Below are positions 30,171-44,983 of a stretch of 64,000 nt of DNA, piece after piece. The DNA lies in NCBI RefSeq assembly GCF_009914755.1, contig NC_060928.1. One strand, given 5' to 3'. Under the pieces are notes generated by a model. It made no database searches. It saw only the letters and a list, made by a program, of their open reading frames with translations, and was not told where the DNA came from. Every line of letters begins with the position of its first letter. Position 1 is the first letter of the stretch. The DNA is from the human T2T-CHM13v2.0 reference genome, Homo sapiens. Both the position numbers and the translations under genes were made by a program.

Positions 30171-32532
30171 CAAAATAAGTTAAAAAAAAGTATTCTCCTC
30201 TATATAGAAGACTCTAATGAATGAGCCGACTATCAAGATTCGTCCTATATACCACTAGGAGGGAAATAAAGAGGAAATAAATCTGAAAATTATTTCAACT
30301 ACCACATAAATGAGAACTTTGCTGTTACCAAGAATTATTCGTGTTTTTTATTTGCCAAACATTTAATTACGTGGAAAAAATTTATAAAAGATGTAACTTT
30401 CAAAAATGGTTTTTACTCTTAAAAATAGGATCCTGTTTCAATATAAATATGTACCTGAAACAAGGAGAAGTGTATATAATGTGTAGTATAAATAAATGCG
30501 CAATCCTAAAACAGTGCTAAGGAAATTATGGTTTGTAATATTTTCTTTTGACTAAACATTATGGCCAACAGAAAAAAATCTATTGGGTGAGATTTCCTGA
30601 ATGATGGGAACCACTGTAACAGAGCAATTCTGGTATAAAAGTGCTCATGTTGAAGATTAATCTTCAAAAAATTTATGATTTGCTGTCACTCAGAAACTTA
30701 AGATCAAGTCTTAGTCAAGGGTGATGTCTAATAAGCACAAACTTTGGCCTCACATTTATATGCAAAATCAGTGATTATGATAGGAACCAAATTGGTATAA
30801 GGATTGGGTTACTCTAATTCATGTTAGAATATGATTTCAAGAAGGAGGCTTGCCATTTTTAAAATTGTCAAATGTGGTTTCCCTTAGTGCTATGTATTCT
30901 GCTTCTCTTTCCTTTCATGTAATAAGTCTACTTTTCTGTTATTTGGGCTGTGTATGGCTATGTTGTTTTTAACTAACAAAAATTGTTGTGTCATATGCAC
31001 GTTAAGTTCTCAAGTTAGATGCATTAAAATGTATTGCTGAAGTTGCGTAATGTTCTACTTTCAGAAATTTTTATGGAATATTTTGCTTTAGTTAGAGAAT
31101 CTGGTCCCATATTAAGTTCTAAATTGAAATCTTACAGGTTAATAAGTATAAAATTAGATCCATAGCTTTTTGAAAATCTGATCATAGATTTGTTATATTA
31201 GACTTCAGATTCCTTATGAGACAGGTGTTTTAACAGTTGCCTCTATCATGGGTTGAAGAGTATGTTGAATATTTCCCAAGAATGGTTGTAACATAAATAG
31301 ACCTATCAGAGATTTGTGGAGCACGTATTTCATTATAAGGTCTGGTTAGTTAATTTTAAATTATGTATTGTGTAAATTCATTCAAAGACAGACTAAAACA
31401 CCTTGTTCTGGGACTTGGGTTCTGTAACTTCAGGTTGATTCTTCATTCTTAATTCTCAAGTGAATACCCCACATTTCCTTTATCACGTATTGGAGAGACA
31501 TAACTCAATTTCTTTATTGCCTTTAGAAAACTCTGTATTAATGGGATCTTTTTATATTTGATTGAAATATGACAGTTGGAATTAAAAACCTAAGTAGATG
31601 AATGGCATAATAGTTCCATTTTTAGCTCCAAAAGTGAATTTGGAATTCCTTTAGCTCATCTTTCTTTGTATTTTGATGTTTCAAAGCTTTTTGTTACATA
31701 AGTGATATGATTTGTACAATCTTTGGGTACTTAAATTGTGAAAACTGAGTCACCAAAGCTTAAACTCTGTTTTAAGAAATGTGTCTTTCCGGAATCATTG
31801 AATTTAAGTCTGTGTTCTTTTCAAATTTCGAGAAATAATACTACAATACAGATACAAACAGGCAATTGAAAAATCTGTTAAAAATGAAGATGTCCAGAAG
31901 TTAAACTAACAGATGTGGAAATTTGGAAAAGCATTTACGTTCTGAAGCATGTTCTTCTTAATCTCAAAGGAGAACTGCCTTTTCATCAAGAATAAACTTG
32001 TTTCATTTTTAAATGAAAGTAGAGAATTTGCTGTTACTGTTTGATCTTCAGTGATGAAATCGTGGAGCAAAAGCCTGCAGAGCTCTGTTTAACTAATATT
32101 GCTTTTATATCTTCTCCTATTGTTTCATAGAAAGGATCTAAACCAAATAGGAAGATGATTTTTGTATGACCTGGAAAACCTAGTCATAAAAATGGGAAAC
32201 TCATAGATAAAAACATAACTTTGTGTAATTATTTGTACATTACCAAAAGTGCAGTAAGATTTTAAAGAAATAAATATTATGAGGTGGTAAAAGAGCATAC
32301 ATATAAAAGAAAGTATGCTTTTTCATAGTCCACCTTTTTTCAGAAATTAACACTTTGTTCCAATTCAATATTGCTTTTCAATATGATGGTAGAGTGAAGA
32401 CAGATGCTTTCTGCATGTGCCTGTGTGTTTTGTATGTAAATTCGATCAGCAAGATCAGTCATTTCACAAAGAACAGATGCAGGTGTAGGAAAGGCCTTCT
32501 GGTCTATTTTCTGTCAGTTAAAAGGCTTCTGA

Positions 32533-32694
<162 letters not shown>

Positions 32695-34419
32695 TAATTC
32701 CTTTCCTCCATGTGGCTCCTCACAAAGCTATGCCTGACATTAGAACTAGAATTACTTTCAAATATTGCTACCTCACTGCAGAAAGTAGAAAAATAATTCA
32801 TGAACATTTATAGACAAGAGCAAGTATTTAAAAGGCATTTTAAAAATATATTTTTAAATTCTCTACCAAATATATGAATTTAATATATAAAATTTATACC
32901 AATAAGATGGCATAAATTATGTAAACAATTTTATATTCCTAAATCATTAAAAAGTTGAATTAAAAGCATTACCAAACCAATCAGCATGTTAAATTGGCAA
33001 AGAATTGTTTAATGAAAATTGGATATTTATAAGCTAAATAGGTTATTTAGCAGTTCTGTTAAAATGTCACAATCTAGGCGACTTGTGCTTTATACTGTGT
33101 ATTTTCTACTGCTCAAGTACAACTTACACTCAAAAATTGATATTACTAAATGAATTGTCAAATAACAAATTAGAAAGATATTTTACCTCATATAATTTAG
33201 AATTATAGTTCATCACTCATTAACCCTAAAATTATGTCATTAATGACTTAAAGCTACTTTTAAAGAATGCAATAAATTTGGGTTTTGATCTACTTCATTC
33301 TAAAGATGATGTCATCAAGCAAATAGTTCCCAGGTAAGGAATTTGGAACTGTTAAACCATTGAATTCACCCCTTTTTCCATTTATGCCCATTTTATGCTC
33401 GTATGTCATTTCAACTCTTTTTTTTTTTTGCCCACTTATGTCCATTTCACAGTTCATTGACATCTATTTCTGAAGGCAAGGTCAGGAAAAGGGAAAAATA
33501 TTCAAATGTATTAAGCTGCTTTTATAAAACTTTCTTGGTAAAAAGTAGAGAAGGGTGTGTAAATGAAACCTTAATACTTGGACACATTTATTAATTACCC
33601 ATTTTTTCCAAACCAAAGTTTATTATTTAAAAAATTTGTGTTAACTGTATTTTTAAAATTATGCTTTTCTAAAGTACATTATTTATAGACATACGCATTC
33701 ATTTGTTAAAATATAATTAACTGTCCAAATGTTTATTTTTTCTAGAATATGAATTTAAGTTTTGATAGAAATAACATGCTCAGTAATTTGACCTGAAATT
33801 AATCATAAAGAGTTACAGAATTTTATTTTCTGGTAAATGCTTGGAATGGAGTTTTCCATAAAACATTTAACAAATGGATATTTAGGTTCCAGTTCAGTCA
33901 AAGTGCCTCTCTTCTGCTACTGAGTTATATTGTTTAGAACTAACCTGAGTTTTGGTTCCTTGGAACAGAGAAGGTACTGGAGAGTAGAGAAAAACAATTT
34001 ATTCTTTTTGTCCTTCACAGATGATAAATCTTTAGCAAAGTTCTAACTGTATGTTTCCCCTTATTCTATACTTTTTTCCATGTTGCATTGTGTATTTTCC
34101 CATAAATTAATCTGCTCTTGTTGCCCGTAGTCCACCTCACCCACACCTGCTTATGAGTTGAATGCCAATCAGCCTTTGTTTATTACTTATCTTATTGTTT
34201 CAAAACCATCCTATGCATTTTTCATAAATAAACTCAACACTTTTACAATACAGGAGATCATATCCACCTGTTAGAAGGATAGCCTGATTGTTTCATTCAC
34301 GTTATTTTATTTTTTAAGTCTTTAAAGAAGCTGTTTATTAACTTATATTTAAATGATTTTCAGGAAAAGAAAAATTTGACATAGGTCTCATTCTGCTACT
34401 CCCTCAAAGTTTTTGAAAT

Positions 34420-36540
34420 TTCTTTTTTTTTCAATTATGGAAAAACACAAAACATCAAATTTACTGTCCTAACCATTTTAGGCATACAAGTCAGTAGTGT
34501 TATTTAAGTATATTGACATTACTGTAAAACAGATGTCCATAACTTATTCATCTTGCAAAACGTAAACTCTATACCTATTAAACAACTTCTCTTTTCTACC
34601 TCTTCTCAGCCTCTTGCAATCACCATTCTATTTCCTGTTTATATATTTGACTACTTTTGATATTGTATATAACTGGAGACATATAGTATTTGTCCTTTTG
34701 TGATTGGCTTATTTCACTCAGCATTATTTCCTCAAGGTTGATCTATGTTGTAGCATGTGAAAGTATTTTCTCACTTTTAAGGCCAAATAATATTCCATTG
34801 TAAGTATATATCACATTTTGTTTATCTTGTCATCCATCAGTGAGCATTTGTGTAGCTTCTGCCTCTTGTGAATAATGCTAATATGAACATGGGTGTGCAA
34901 ATATCTCTCCAGCACATTATTTTTTGTTATTTGAATAGTAGCCATTCTGAGTGTGATGTCATATCTCGTTGTGGTTTTGACTTAACATTTCTCTGATGAT
35001 TAGTGAACATCCTTTTATATGCTCGGTGGCATTTGTATATCATCTTTGGAGAAATCTTTATTTAAGTCCTATGCCCATGTCTAAATCAGGTTATTTGATT
35101 ATTTTGTTGTTGAGTAGTAGAAGTTCTTTGTATATTCTGATTAAACCACTTAATTTATATATGTATATATATAAATATAAATATTGGAAATTTTTTTTCC
35201 ATTTCTTAGGTTGCCTTTTCATTCAGTTGGCTGTGTCCTTTGATGTACACAATGCTGTATGTTTGATGTCATCCTGTTTGTCTATTTTGGTTTTATTGAC
35301 TGTGCTTTCTGTGACATATCCAAGAAATCCTGGTCACATGCAACACCATGAAGCTTTCCCCTTGTGTTTTATTCTAGAAGTTGTATAGTTTGGGTCTTAT
35401 GTTTATTTATTTAATGCATTGAGTTAATTTTTTAAAGTGTTTTTTTTAAAAAAGAGACCAATTTTATTATTCTATATGTAGATATCCAGTTTTCTCAGTG
35501 TCATTTGTTGAAAAAACTGTCATTTCCTAATTGAGGAATCTTGACACCCTTGTCAAAGATAATATGATCTCGTATATGATGGTTTATTTCTGTGCTCTCT
35601 CTTTTATTTCACCCGTCTATAGATCTGTCTTTATACCAATACTGCACTGTTTTGATTACTGTAGCTTTGTAATATGTTTTGAAATCAGTTCTGCAAAGTT
35701 GGAGTGTGAATTTTTCAAATATTTTTTCTTTTTCAAAACTGTTTTAGCTATTTGGTGTATCTTGAGATCATATAGGATTTTTAGGATAAATTTTTCTATT
35801 TCAGCAAAAAAAATGTTGGGATTCTGATAGAAATTGCATTGAATCTGTAGATCACTTTGGATGTATTAACATCTTAACAGTGTTAAGTGTTTCAATTCAG
35901 GAACAAGGGATCTTTGTCTCTTCTTTAATTTCTTTCAGCAGTGTCTTTAGTTTTCAGTGTAAAATCTTTCACTTCTTTGGTTAAGTTTTTTTCTAAGGTT
36001 TTTTTTATGCTGTTGTGAATGGAATCAGTTATCTTTTGGATTGTTTGTTGTAAATGCATAAAAATGCAGCTATTTTTGCATTTTGATTTTATATCCCATG
36101 ACTTTGCTTAATTCGTTGACTGGTTCTAACGGATTTTGTGTGTGTGTGGAACAGTTAGAATTTTCTGTGTATAAGATCAAGTCATTTCCAAACAGTGAGA
36201 ATTTTACTTCTTTCTGTCCAATTTGGATGGCTTTTATTTTGCTTTATTTTTTCTCGTTGTCCTGGCTGGGGCTTTCAGTACTGTGTTGAATATAAGTGAC
36301 AAGGGTGGGCATCCTTGCCTTGTTCCTTATCTTAAAAGAAAATATTTCAGGTTTTCACCATTGATTATGACATTAGGTGTGGGATTTTTATATATAGTTT
36401 TTATTATGTTGAGGTAGCTTCCTCCTATTCCTAGATTTTTGTGTGTTTATTATGAAAGGGTGTTGAATCTGTCAAATACTTCTTCTATATCAGCTAACAT
36501 GATCATATGGTTTTTGTTCTTTATTCTGTTAATGTAGGTA
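34420..36540 (-). mobile_element. L1MB-like LINE (3' end plus part of ORF2), antisense to TLL1
   Basis: taaccattttaggcatacaagtcagtag, gattggcttatttcactcagcat, ttttgattactgtagctttgtaata, attgcattgaatctgtagatcactttgg. Confidence 0.88.
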
Positions 36541-37289
36541 TTTGAAGTTTCTTAGTTTTAAAAATTCTGAACTCACAGAGTCTATAAAAGTTCCAATTGT
36601 TTTTATGATGTTGCCCATCAATATATTTAGGAAATCACTTATGGGAAGAACAGGAATGTATCTATAGGGTCTTTATATGAGTGACTATTTTGTAATATAC
36701 ATGCTTCTGAACTGTGGACTGCCCATTTTTCATTTAAAAAGTCGTAAAATTTTACAAATTTTTGTTAAAAGTATAGCTGATTTGCTCTTTCAATGTAGTT
36801 AGAACAAATCAAGAATAGTAAGTGAACCATGATATGATCTGTCTCTGCCTATTGATAGTGGCTCACTGAGGAGGTTCAGTAAGATTTTGCATTGCTTACT
36901 TGTCAGGATATGGAGAAGAATAATTGTTAACTTCCTGACCACAAAAAAGAAGAAAAGCATGAGTGACTAACTCCCTTGAAATGGAAGGGAGATTACCTTA
37001 GTAGACAGAATGAAACAAAATTCATAATTCTGTTGTCTGAAATTGAATATATTCTCTCCAAGATGTCATTGACCTTTTCAAATTGAACCTTTTTTTGGAA
37101 GTTAGGAAAAAATCGAACCCCAGAGGCCACAAATTTGTTTTTAGAAATAGAAAAAGAAAATGGTAAATGCTTTGTTAGTACTGAAGTACTACAGAAATTT
37201 AATACTCCATTAATTTGGGTTTATGTAATTAATGTATCTGTTGACTCATGCCTCAAGTTACAAGGCCTTTCTCAATGCTACCTTGTAAC

Positions 37290-37990
37290 TCATTTCTTTT
37301 TCAATTACACTGGCCTGCCTGGAGTGGTTTCTTATGAACTATGCACAGATCTCACTTTTGATGGTCAATTCCCGTAAATCACTAGCTCTACTTCTCTCCT
37401 GTCTTTTCAGACAATGTACATATGGAGTTCTGTAGATGTTTAGATCTTGTAGTAAAGAGTTCCAGTCTCCCTATTTGAGTTAGTGTTATCTATAGATCAG
37501 TGCCCTTTCCCTTACCTTGGAGCTAGGGCAGTTAGTAATAAAATTGCTCATAGATCATATTACTCCTCTGCTTACCATTTTCCTATAGATTAACAGTTGT
37601 CCTCAGAGTAAAAGTTAAATTATCTGGCTGGTGCTCAGACATTTTAGGGGTCCTCTCATTTCTGAGCTGTTGTGTTTCTTGTTCTTTCTGTCTGGAAACA
37701 CTGTACTGCCCGTTACCCATATTTCTCTGATCTTCACTTTCTTCATGTGTGACTAAAATGTCAATTTTCAAGTGAGTTTCACTTTGATCACTCTATTTAA
37801 AAGCAGCCCATCACTGCACAATCAATATCCATCTTCTCACCTTTATTTTTCTCGATAGTACCTATTACTACCTGGATTATTAATCATTTGTTTAATGTCT
37901 CTTTCCTCATATTTGAATATTAGAATCATAAAGGAAGGAATTTCTGTTTGTTTTATTTACTGCTACAAATCCAGACCTAGAACTATTTCC
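37290..37990. mobile_element. L2 fragments
   Basis: agatcatattactcctctgctta, tctgtctggaaacact, tctgtttgttttatttactgct...cctagaac. Confidence 0.5.
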
Positions 37991-39018
37991 TAATGGAGGC
38001 TAAGTAGAGCTGAAAATGCTGTTCTTTTAATGCAAGCGTTAGTTTAAATGCATTAAATTCATTTATAAGTTTTGGAAGGAAGTGCTGCATCATTTTCTCA
38101 ATTTAAAAGATATTATAAAATTTTATTTCTTAATTTAAAATATTTTTATAGAAAGGTTTTTTGTTGTTGTTTGTTTTTGGTAAATCCACAAACACACAAC
38201 TCATACTTCTCAAACCCTTGGAATAGCCTCCCAGTTCATTTAACTTTTAAGCTCCCACTTCTTTAGGGCTATAAATATTTGACATACATTTAAAAAATTA
38301 GAAAGTATTTTTAGGGCACTATATTCAGAACTTTAGATCATGCATATTAGGAAAAATTAGTGAATCTTTTACCACAATCTTGAGTCCCAAACAACTCACT
38401 ATCTGTAGTTTAACATTATTATGCCATTGATTAGGTTTTCTTATTTACTAGTTTTACCATAGAAAAATTGAAAAAATTGCTTTAAACTGCCCTAAGTTTT
38501 GGCATTCTTTGTTTTTTTTTATCTTTTTTTTAACATATGCTGTAATACTTGGACTTCTAAGAATACTTAGGTTAAATTAGTAGTTTAATTCAGAAAAATT
38601 AACCTATGTATATTTTGTTTTACTCTTAACAATTTTAGTAACTTCAACATTATTTACTGTAGTTTGCTATTGGGGAAATAGACCTCTATGAGGAATCATT
38701 GTTTCACAACCTGATAATCTAAGGAATTCTTAGATCTGCTTGGGAAACCAAAACAAATGTCATGGTGTACTTTGTGGGGGATTATAAGGTATTCCATATT
38801 TTTAAGAACATACATGTTTCAAGGAAACAAATGAATGTCATCATTGAGTTTATACTAGGCATACACATTTAACATGCTTTTTTTTCTACTTTGATGAAAG
38901 TGTTTTGAAAGCCTGATACACTGCTTAAAGCACACAAGGTGTAGTTCCCCTTTGATTGACTTGAGTTTGAAATAAATACCTTATAAATGTAAGGAATTCA
39001 TGAGTTTTCATTTGGTGA

Positions 39019-39234
<216 letters not shown>

Positions 39235-41399
39235 TAAGCCATGATTTACTCAACTGTTTGTTTGTCTCCCTCCCTGTTGGCAAGTGACGTGTACAGTTCA
39301 AAGTCAGTAATCATAAAATGAGGCAGGAGGGAACTCTGGAACACCTAATTGCTGTAAATAAAAACAAGTTGTTGAAATCAAAGTTCAAACACAGGGATAG
39401 TATATTTTATTTCTTTTAATTTAATGAGTGAAAGAGCAAAATAGAATGGTTGCTTGATAGTCATTAATTAAATAGTTGCATGATTTCATAGTCAAATGCT
39501 AAGTTTCCTTTCTGACATAAAAAGAATATCCTTTATTTGAACTTCAGAATTGGATCCTGGATGATATTTTTTTGCAAGTACCATGGTTAATGGCATATAA
39601 ATTACAATTTTATCAGTAGGAATTTATAACTTTGTTGTAAAAAAAAATGTTCTAACCGGTTGCAAGTGAACTACTCTATGTTTTGCCCCTAAATAAAGTT
39701 TCAAAAGCAGATTCATGAAACGTCTTAATGTTCTAAGGGAGCACTATGCCTTAATCATCCAAGAAAGAAAAAGATTCTGTTTTCCACATTAGAAATCTAG
39801 ATTCTATGTACCTCCAGTATACTCACAATATTTGAAATATCCTACAGCAAAGAAACATGTTTAACTTTGCATAACACAGTCTTTTCCAAATTATTTGTCC
39901 AAGGAAACCTCCTTTTACCCAATACTTACTTGTAGAATTCACTTTTGGAAGTATTGTTCTAGATACTTAAGGTTGCAGATACAATAAAACAATAACTATA
40001 AAAGTTTTAATTGGCTGCAAATCTGATAATGTTTGCAGAAAATCAGAGAAATGATGGATATCTTAATCATTGGAGTTTTACATAGATAATTGGTTATGTT
40101 TATTTATATATTGTTATTGGGAAATTCTTATATTAATTAAATTTTTATGATTTCTGGTGTCAGTCCAGGGAACTTTTAGGCCATAGAAGAGGGCTAGCTA
40201 ATTCATTCATAAAAAATTAATATGTACTCGTTGACATATGGTATAGAACCCTTCTGTTGGACAGATAAAACTCAAGTGCAAGCAAGAAAAAGTGAGTTGT
40301 TTGAATAATCCCAGGAAATACCTGGAAACTTCCCAGGAAGTTCATAATTCTGTATGTGATGGTACGTAATTCATTGATTCAACCCAGTGGATTCTGTTGA
40401 CATTCCTGCTGAGAGAAGGGATTTCCTATTCCTTAATACTAGATTTGCTAAGGAAAATTGTAAGAAATTATGTTTTTTTTTTTCAATTTTACTGTAATTG
40501 TTAGTTTTCTTGTAACTTAGGACTATTAAGTTTTAAAAGGGCCAGTTGATATTTTTGGAATTTAAAGCTGTATGTAAAACTTTTTGCATCATAATGATTC
40601 AATAATGAAAGTGAGTTTTCAAAAATTTTTTGTGTATAAATATATGTCTGCCTAATTTTTCCATGTACCAAAAGACATTTCTACTTAATATTCATTAATT
40701 TATTACTTCATGCTGTTTACTGAAGTTGCATTCATATTTACGTAAATCCCTTTAAAATGTTTTATGTATGTATGTAAGATACACATGTATATGTGGTATA
40801 TTTTTTAAAATCAAATTTCCATAGGAAAAAATGAATTTATAAGAGAATGATACTGCTATGAAAAAAGATATGGGTGATCCTTAACTAATGTCTAGTAACA
40901 TTGGGCATATACTTTTCAACTTTTAAAAAGTGAAAATTATTTGATTAACAGCAACTAAATAAGTGAACACTTTGTGTATAAAACTCTCTTGATTATATCT
41001 CTAAATGTACGTCTACATACATTACATTTGAGAAGCACACTGGAGGTTTGTATGCACACTGAACTGTAGGAAAGTCAGGAAGAATAAAAAACTAACCTTA
41101 TGATATTGTAATTTATTTTTTAGCCTACAATTCTTGGATATTTCAGTTATAAACAGGAAGATAATTAGAAGTATAGTTTCTACTTTAGATTTCAATTGTG
41201 TAAAATACATTAATGGGCCATTTTCTTACCTGAAATATAGAAATAATAATGTGTACATTATTTTATTTAATACAATAAAACCACATTGAAGAAAGCACTA
41301 TGATCTGGGAAAAAGATATTTTGTATTTCTGAAACAGTATGAAAAGCAAATTACTGTATTACAGCTAATAAAGTACCGGGAGTAAGGGACAGCTAAAAG

Positions 41400-41484
41400 A
41401 GATATATAAATATACATACAGATATATAGAGAGATATATAAATATACATATATATAGATATCTATTTCTCTCTGTATATATATC
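41400..41484. repeat. TA/GA-rich quasi-palindromic low-complexity tract
   Basis: gatatataaatatacata twice, then tatatagatatctat...tatatatatc. Confidence 0.75.
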
Positions 41485-41545
41485 TTTTAGTGTTAAATTT
41501 TAGTTCCCCAAATCTTTGGGAATGACTTTTTCTTCTATCTTGGCC

Positions 41546-42257
41546 TTTTTTTAAACTTTTATCTTTGACTCAGTGGCTATATGTGCAGGCTTGTTACGTG
41601 GGAATGTTGTGTGATGCTGAGGTTTGGGCTGCGAATGAATGATCCTGTCACCCAGGTTCTAAGCATAGAACCCAACAGGTAGTTTTCAACCCTTGCCGCC
41701 TCCCACTCCCTCCCCTCTAGTAGTCCATACTGTCTATTGTTCCTGTCTTTATGTCCAAGTATACTCTATGTTCAGCTCCCACTTATAAGTGAGAATATGT
41801 GGTATTTGGTCTTCTGTTCCTAAGTTAATTCACTTCGGATTATGGCCTCCAGCTCCATTCACATGGCTACAAAGAACATGATTTCATTCCTTTTATAGCT
41901 GCGTAGTATTTCATGGTATGTATGTATCACACTTTCTTTATTCAATCCACCAGTGATGGACATCCAGGTTGATTCCATGGCCTTGCTATTGTGTACAGTG
42001 CTGCGGTGAACATACCAGTGCATGTGTCTTTTCGGTGGTACGATTTATTTTCCTTCGGATATATGCTTAGTAATGAGATGGCAGGGTTGAATTGTTGTTG
42101 TGTTTTAAGTTCTTTGAGAAATCTCCAAACTGCTTTCCTCAATGGCTGGACTACTTTTTATTCCTAACAACAGTGTGTAAGCATTCTCTTTCTCTACAGC
42201 CTTGCAGGTGTCTATTGTTTTTCATTTTTTTAATAATAGCTATTTTGATTGGTATGA
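41546..42257 (-). mobile_element. Old primate L1 (L1PA15/16-like) 3' fragment
   Basis: agctcccacttataagtgaga, gtagtatttcatggt, ttctttgagaaatctccaaactgc; antisense ORF resembles the ORF2 C-terminus (ORF 41942..42142). Confidence 0.9.
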
Positions 42258-42782
42258 GCTGGAATTTTAAATGTTCAACAAATAGCCCCCTCCCTTCCTC
42301 TTGTTCTTTCTCTTTTTTTATGTTTCTTTCTCTGCCCCTCTCAGCCACTCTGTGCATGTGGATATATCTGTCTCCCTTTTTACTTCTTTCTCTTTCTGAA
42401 ATAGTTAGCTTTGAGCCCTACATATAGTTGTATGTTTAAGGTTCTTCTTTTCCTTAAATGAAGTGCACTCATGACTTATCAGGATAAGGACAATGATATT
42501 GGCATAAAATACTTACCACAAGCCAAATGACATTAAGCTACACTGATGCAGTAGGTTTACCAATAACTGCAAGTATATAAATGGAGTAGAGTTAAAGATT
42601 CATAACTGTACATGTGAGTCTTAATAGGGTGACTCATCTGTGAACAACCCAGAAGAGAGTAAGAGTTTATAAATTGAGTTCGGATTGTGTTTGGTTTTCA
42701 TACAGAGAGGAGGGGGTTATAAAGCTGAGTATTCCTTTGGAGTTTGTTTTTTTCTTACTCTTTTGTCAGAAATTCCTGGTGG

Positions 42783-44061
42783 AAAGGCAGACAAAAACAA
42801 GCAATGGGGAAAGGACTTCCTATTCAACAAATGGTACTCGGATACTTGGCTAACCATGTGCAGAAGAATGAAACTGGACTCTATCTTTCACCGTATATAA
42901 CCATATACATAAATTAACTCAAGATGAATTAAAGATTTAAATGTGAGACCTCAAACTATAAGAAGCCTTAAATAAAACATAGGGATCACCATTCTGGACA
43001 TTGGCCTTGGGAAATAATTTATGACTAAGTCCTCAAAAACGATTCAACAAAAATAAAAATTGACAAGTGGGACTTAATTAAACTAAAGGGCTTCTACACT
43101 GCAAAAGAAACTATCAACAAAGCAAACAGACAACCTACACAATGAGAGAGAATATCCACAAACTACACATCTGACAAAGGTCTAAAATCCAGAATCTATA
43201 AAGAACTTAAACCAATCAACAAACAAAACAAATAACCCCATTTAAAAAATGGGCAAAGGATATGAACAGATACTTCTCAAAAGAAGAGATACAATCAGCC
43301 AACAAACATATGAAAAAATGCTCATCATTGCTAAACATCAGAGAAATGCAAATCCAAACTACAATGAGATGTCATCTCACACCAGTCAGAATAGCTGTTA
43401 TTAAAAAGATGAAAAATGACAGATGCTGCAGAGGCTGTAGAGTAAAGGGAACACTTACACACTGTTGATGGGAATTTAAATTACTTCAGCCATATTGGAA
43501 AGCAATTTGAAGATTTCTCAAAGAACTTAAAACAGAACTACTACTCAACCCAGCAATCCCATTACTGTGTATATATCCAAACCAAAATAAATTGTTCTGC
43601 CAGAAGGGCACATGCATTCTCATGTTCATCACTGCACTATTTCCAATAGCAAAGGCATGGAATCAATCTAGGTGTCCATCAATGGTGGGTTGGATTTTTA
43701 AAATGTGGTACCTATAGACCTGGAATACTAGGCAGTCATAAAAAATAATGAAATCATGTCCTTTTCAGCCGCATGGATGGAGCTGGAGGCCATAATCCTA
43801 AATCAACTAACACAGGCATAGAAAACCAAATACTGCATGTTCTCACTTATAAGTGGGAGCTAAATATTGAGCACACATGAACGTAAACATGGAAACAATA
43901 GACACTGTGGACTACTAGAGGGGAGAGGGTGGGAGGCGACAAGGATTGAAAAATTACCAGTTAGGTTCTATGCTCACTACCTGGGTGCAATATGCCTATG
44001 TAACTATCTTATACATGTACTCTTTGTATCTAAAAATAAAAGTTGAAATTAAAAAATAAAA
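42783..44061 (+). mobile_element. Old primate L1 (L1PA16/L1PB-like), 5'-truncated
   Basis: ORF2 remnants [13 protein letters not shown] and KHMKKCSS.L.IREMQI; 3'UTR and A-rich tail. Confidence 0.92.
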
Positions 44062-44937
44062 GAAATGCTGGCAAATGAAGCCAATAAAATATATTTGGCT
44101 ACTTTTAATGCCAGCTTTTTTTTCTCATCAGTTTTTGCTCACAGCTTTATTAGGGCATTTTATGGCACTGTTTTGTAGAGGTTAATCTTGAAAAAAATAC
44201 TGACCTGATAAAGAATATAGTTAGATATACAAGACTATGGGTTTTATGGTCTGTGATAAGTGGGGCCTTGGGTCCAAGAGGGCAAGTTTCTAACAGGCAG
44301 ACTGTAAATACTGCTGAACTTTACTAAATGATATATAAATTTTTTAATGTATCAGAAGAGTGATGGCATTAAAATGTATACATTTTAATTTTCCTTAAAA
44401 TCATACTATCAGTTTATGAAATTTATAGCTGATAAATACCTTGTAATACATTCTTATATTTATTCATATATGCCAAAAATATAAATTAGGTTGGTATATG
44501 AAACCACAATTAGTTATTACACAGTCAGTGCATACTCATCATGAAAAAGCTCAATACAGAAATAAGGTTAGGAAGGGGATAGTATGAGGATATGTTTCCT
44601 TCAGTTTGCAGTTGTTTTCATTGCCATTTCTTGCTCTTGGCTTTAGAGACAGGAGAGTAGTCTTTTTATGCATTGTTGTGTTAAGAAAGAATATGATCCC
44701 TTAGAGCTCTGGCAGTCTACTGCTATAAGACACCCTCATTCATTGCCACATCACGTAGCCACAAGCAGGTGGGAAAGGAATGTAGAGCTGCTCGACATTG
44801 GGGTTGAATAGGTTTCTGGACACTGCTTCCAAAAGGCAAATCCTTTGTCTTTATGATGGTTTCCAAGCCTTTCACGCATAAGGCATTTTAAAGGACAACT
44901 AGTAGCTAATGCTACTTGCCTGTCTTACAATCTTTTC

Positions 44938-44983
44938 TATTCCATATACTGTGACAACAGTATTCCATATACTGTGACAACAG
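44938..44983. repeat. Perfect 23-bp tandem duplication
   Basis: tattccatatactgtgacaacag twice. Confidence 0.95.

Noticed and set aside
34996-36417. Several hydrophobic ORFs of 64-130 aa
   Set aside because: Antisense reading of a T-rich decayed L1; compositional artefact.
40327-40342. aacttcc-ca-ggaagtt inverted repeat containing a TTC-N4-GAA STAT6-like site
   Set aside because: Single short motif with no supporting context.
42685-43468. ORFs resembling L1 ORF2, and a possible exon 42770-42833 at the L1 junction
   Set aside because: 5'-truncated, frameshifted L1 that cannot be active. The putative exon has a weak donor (TG|gtactc) and is frameshifting.
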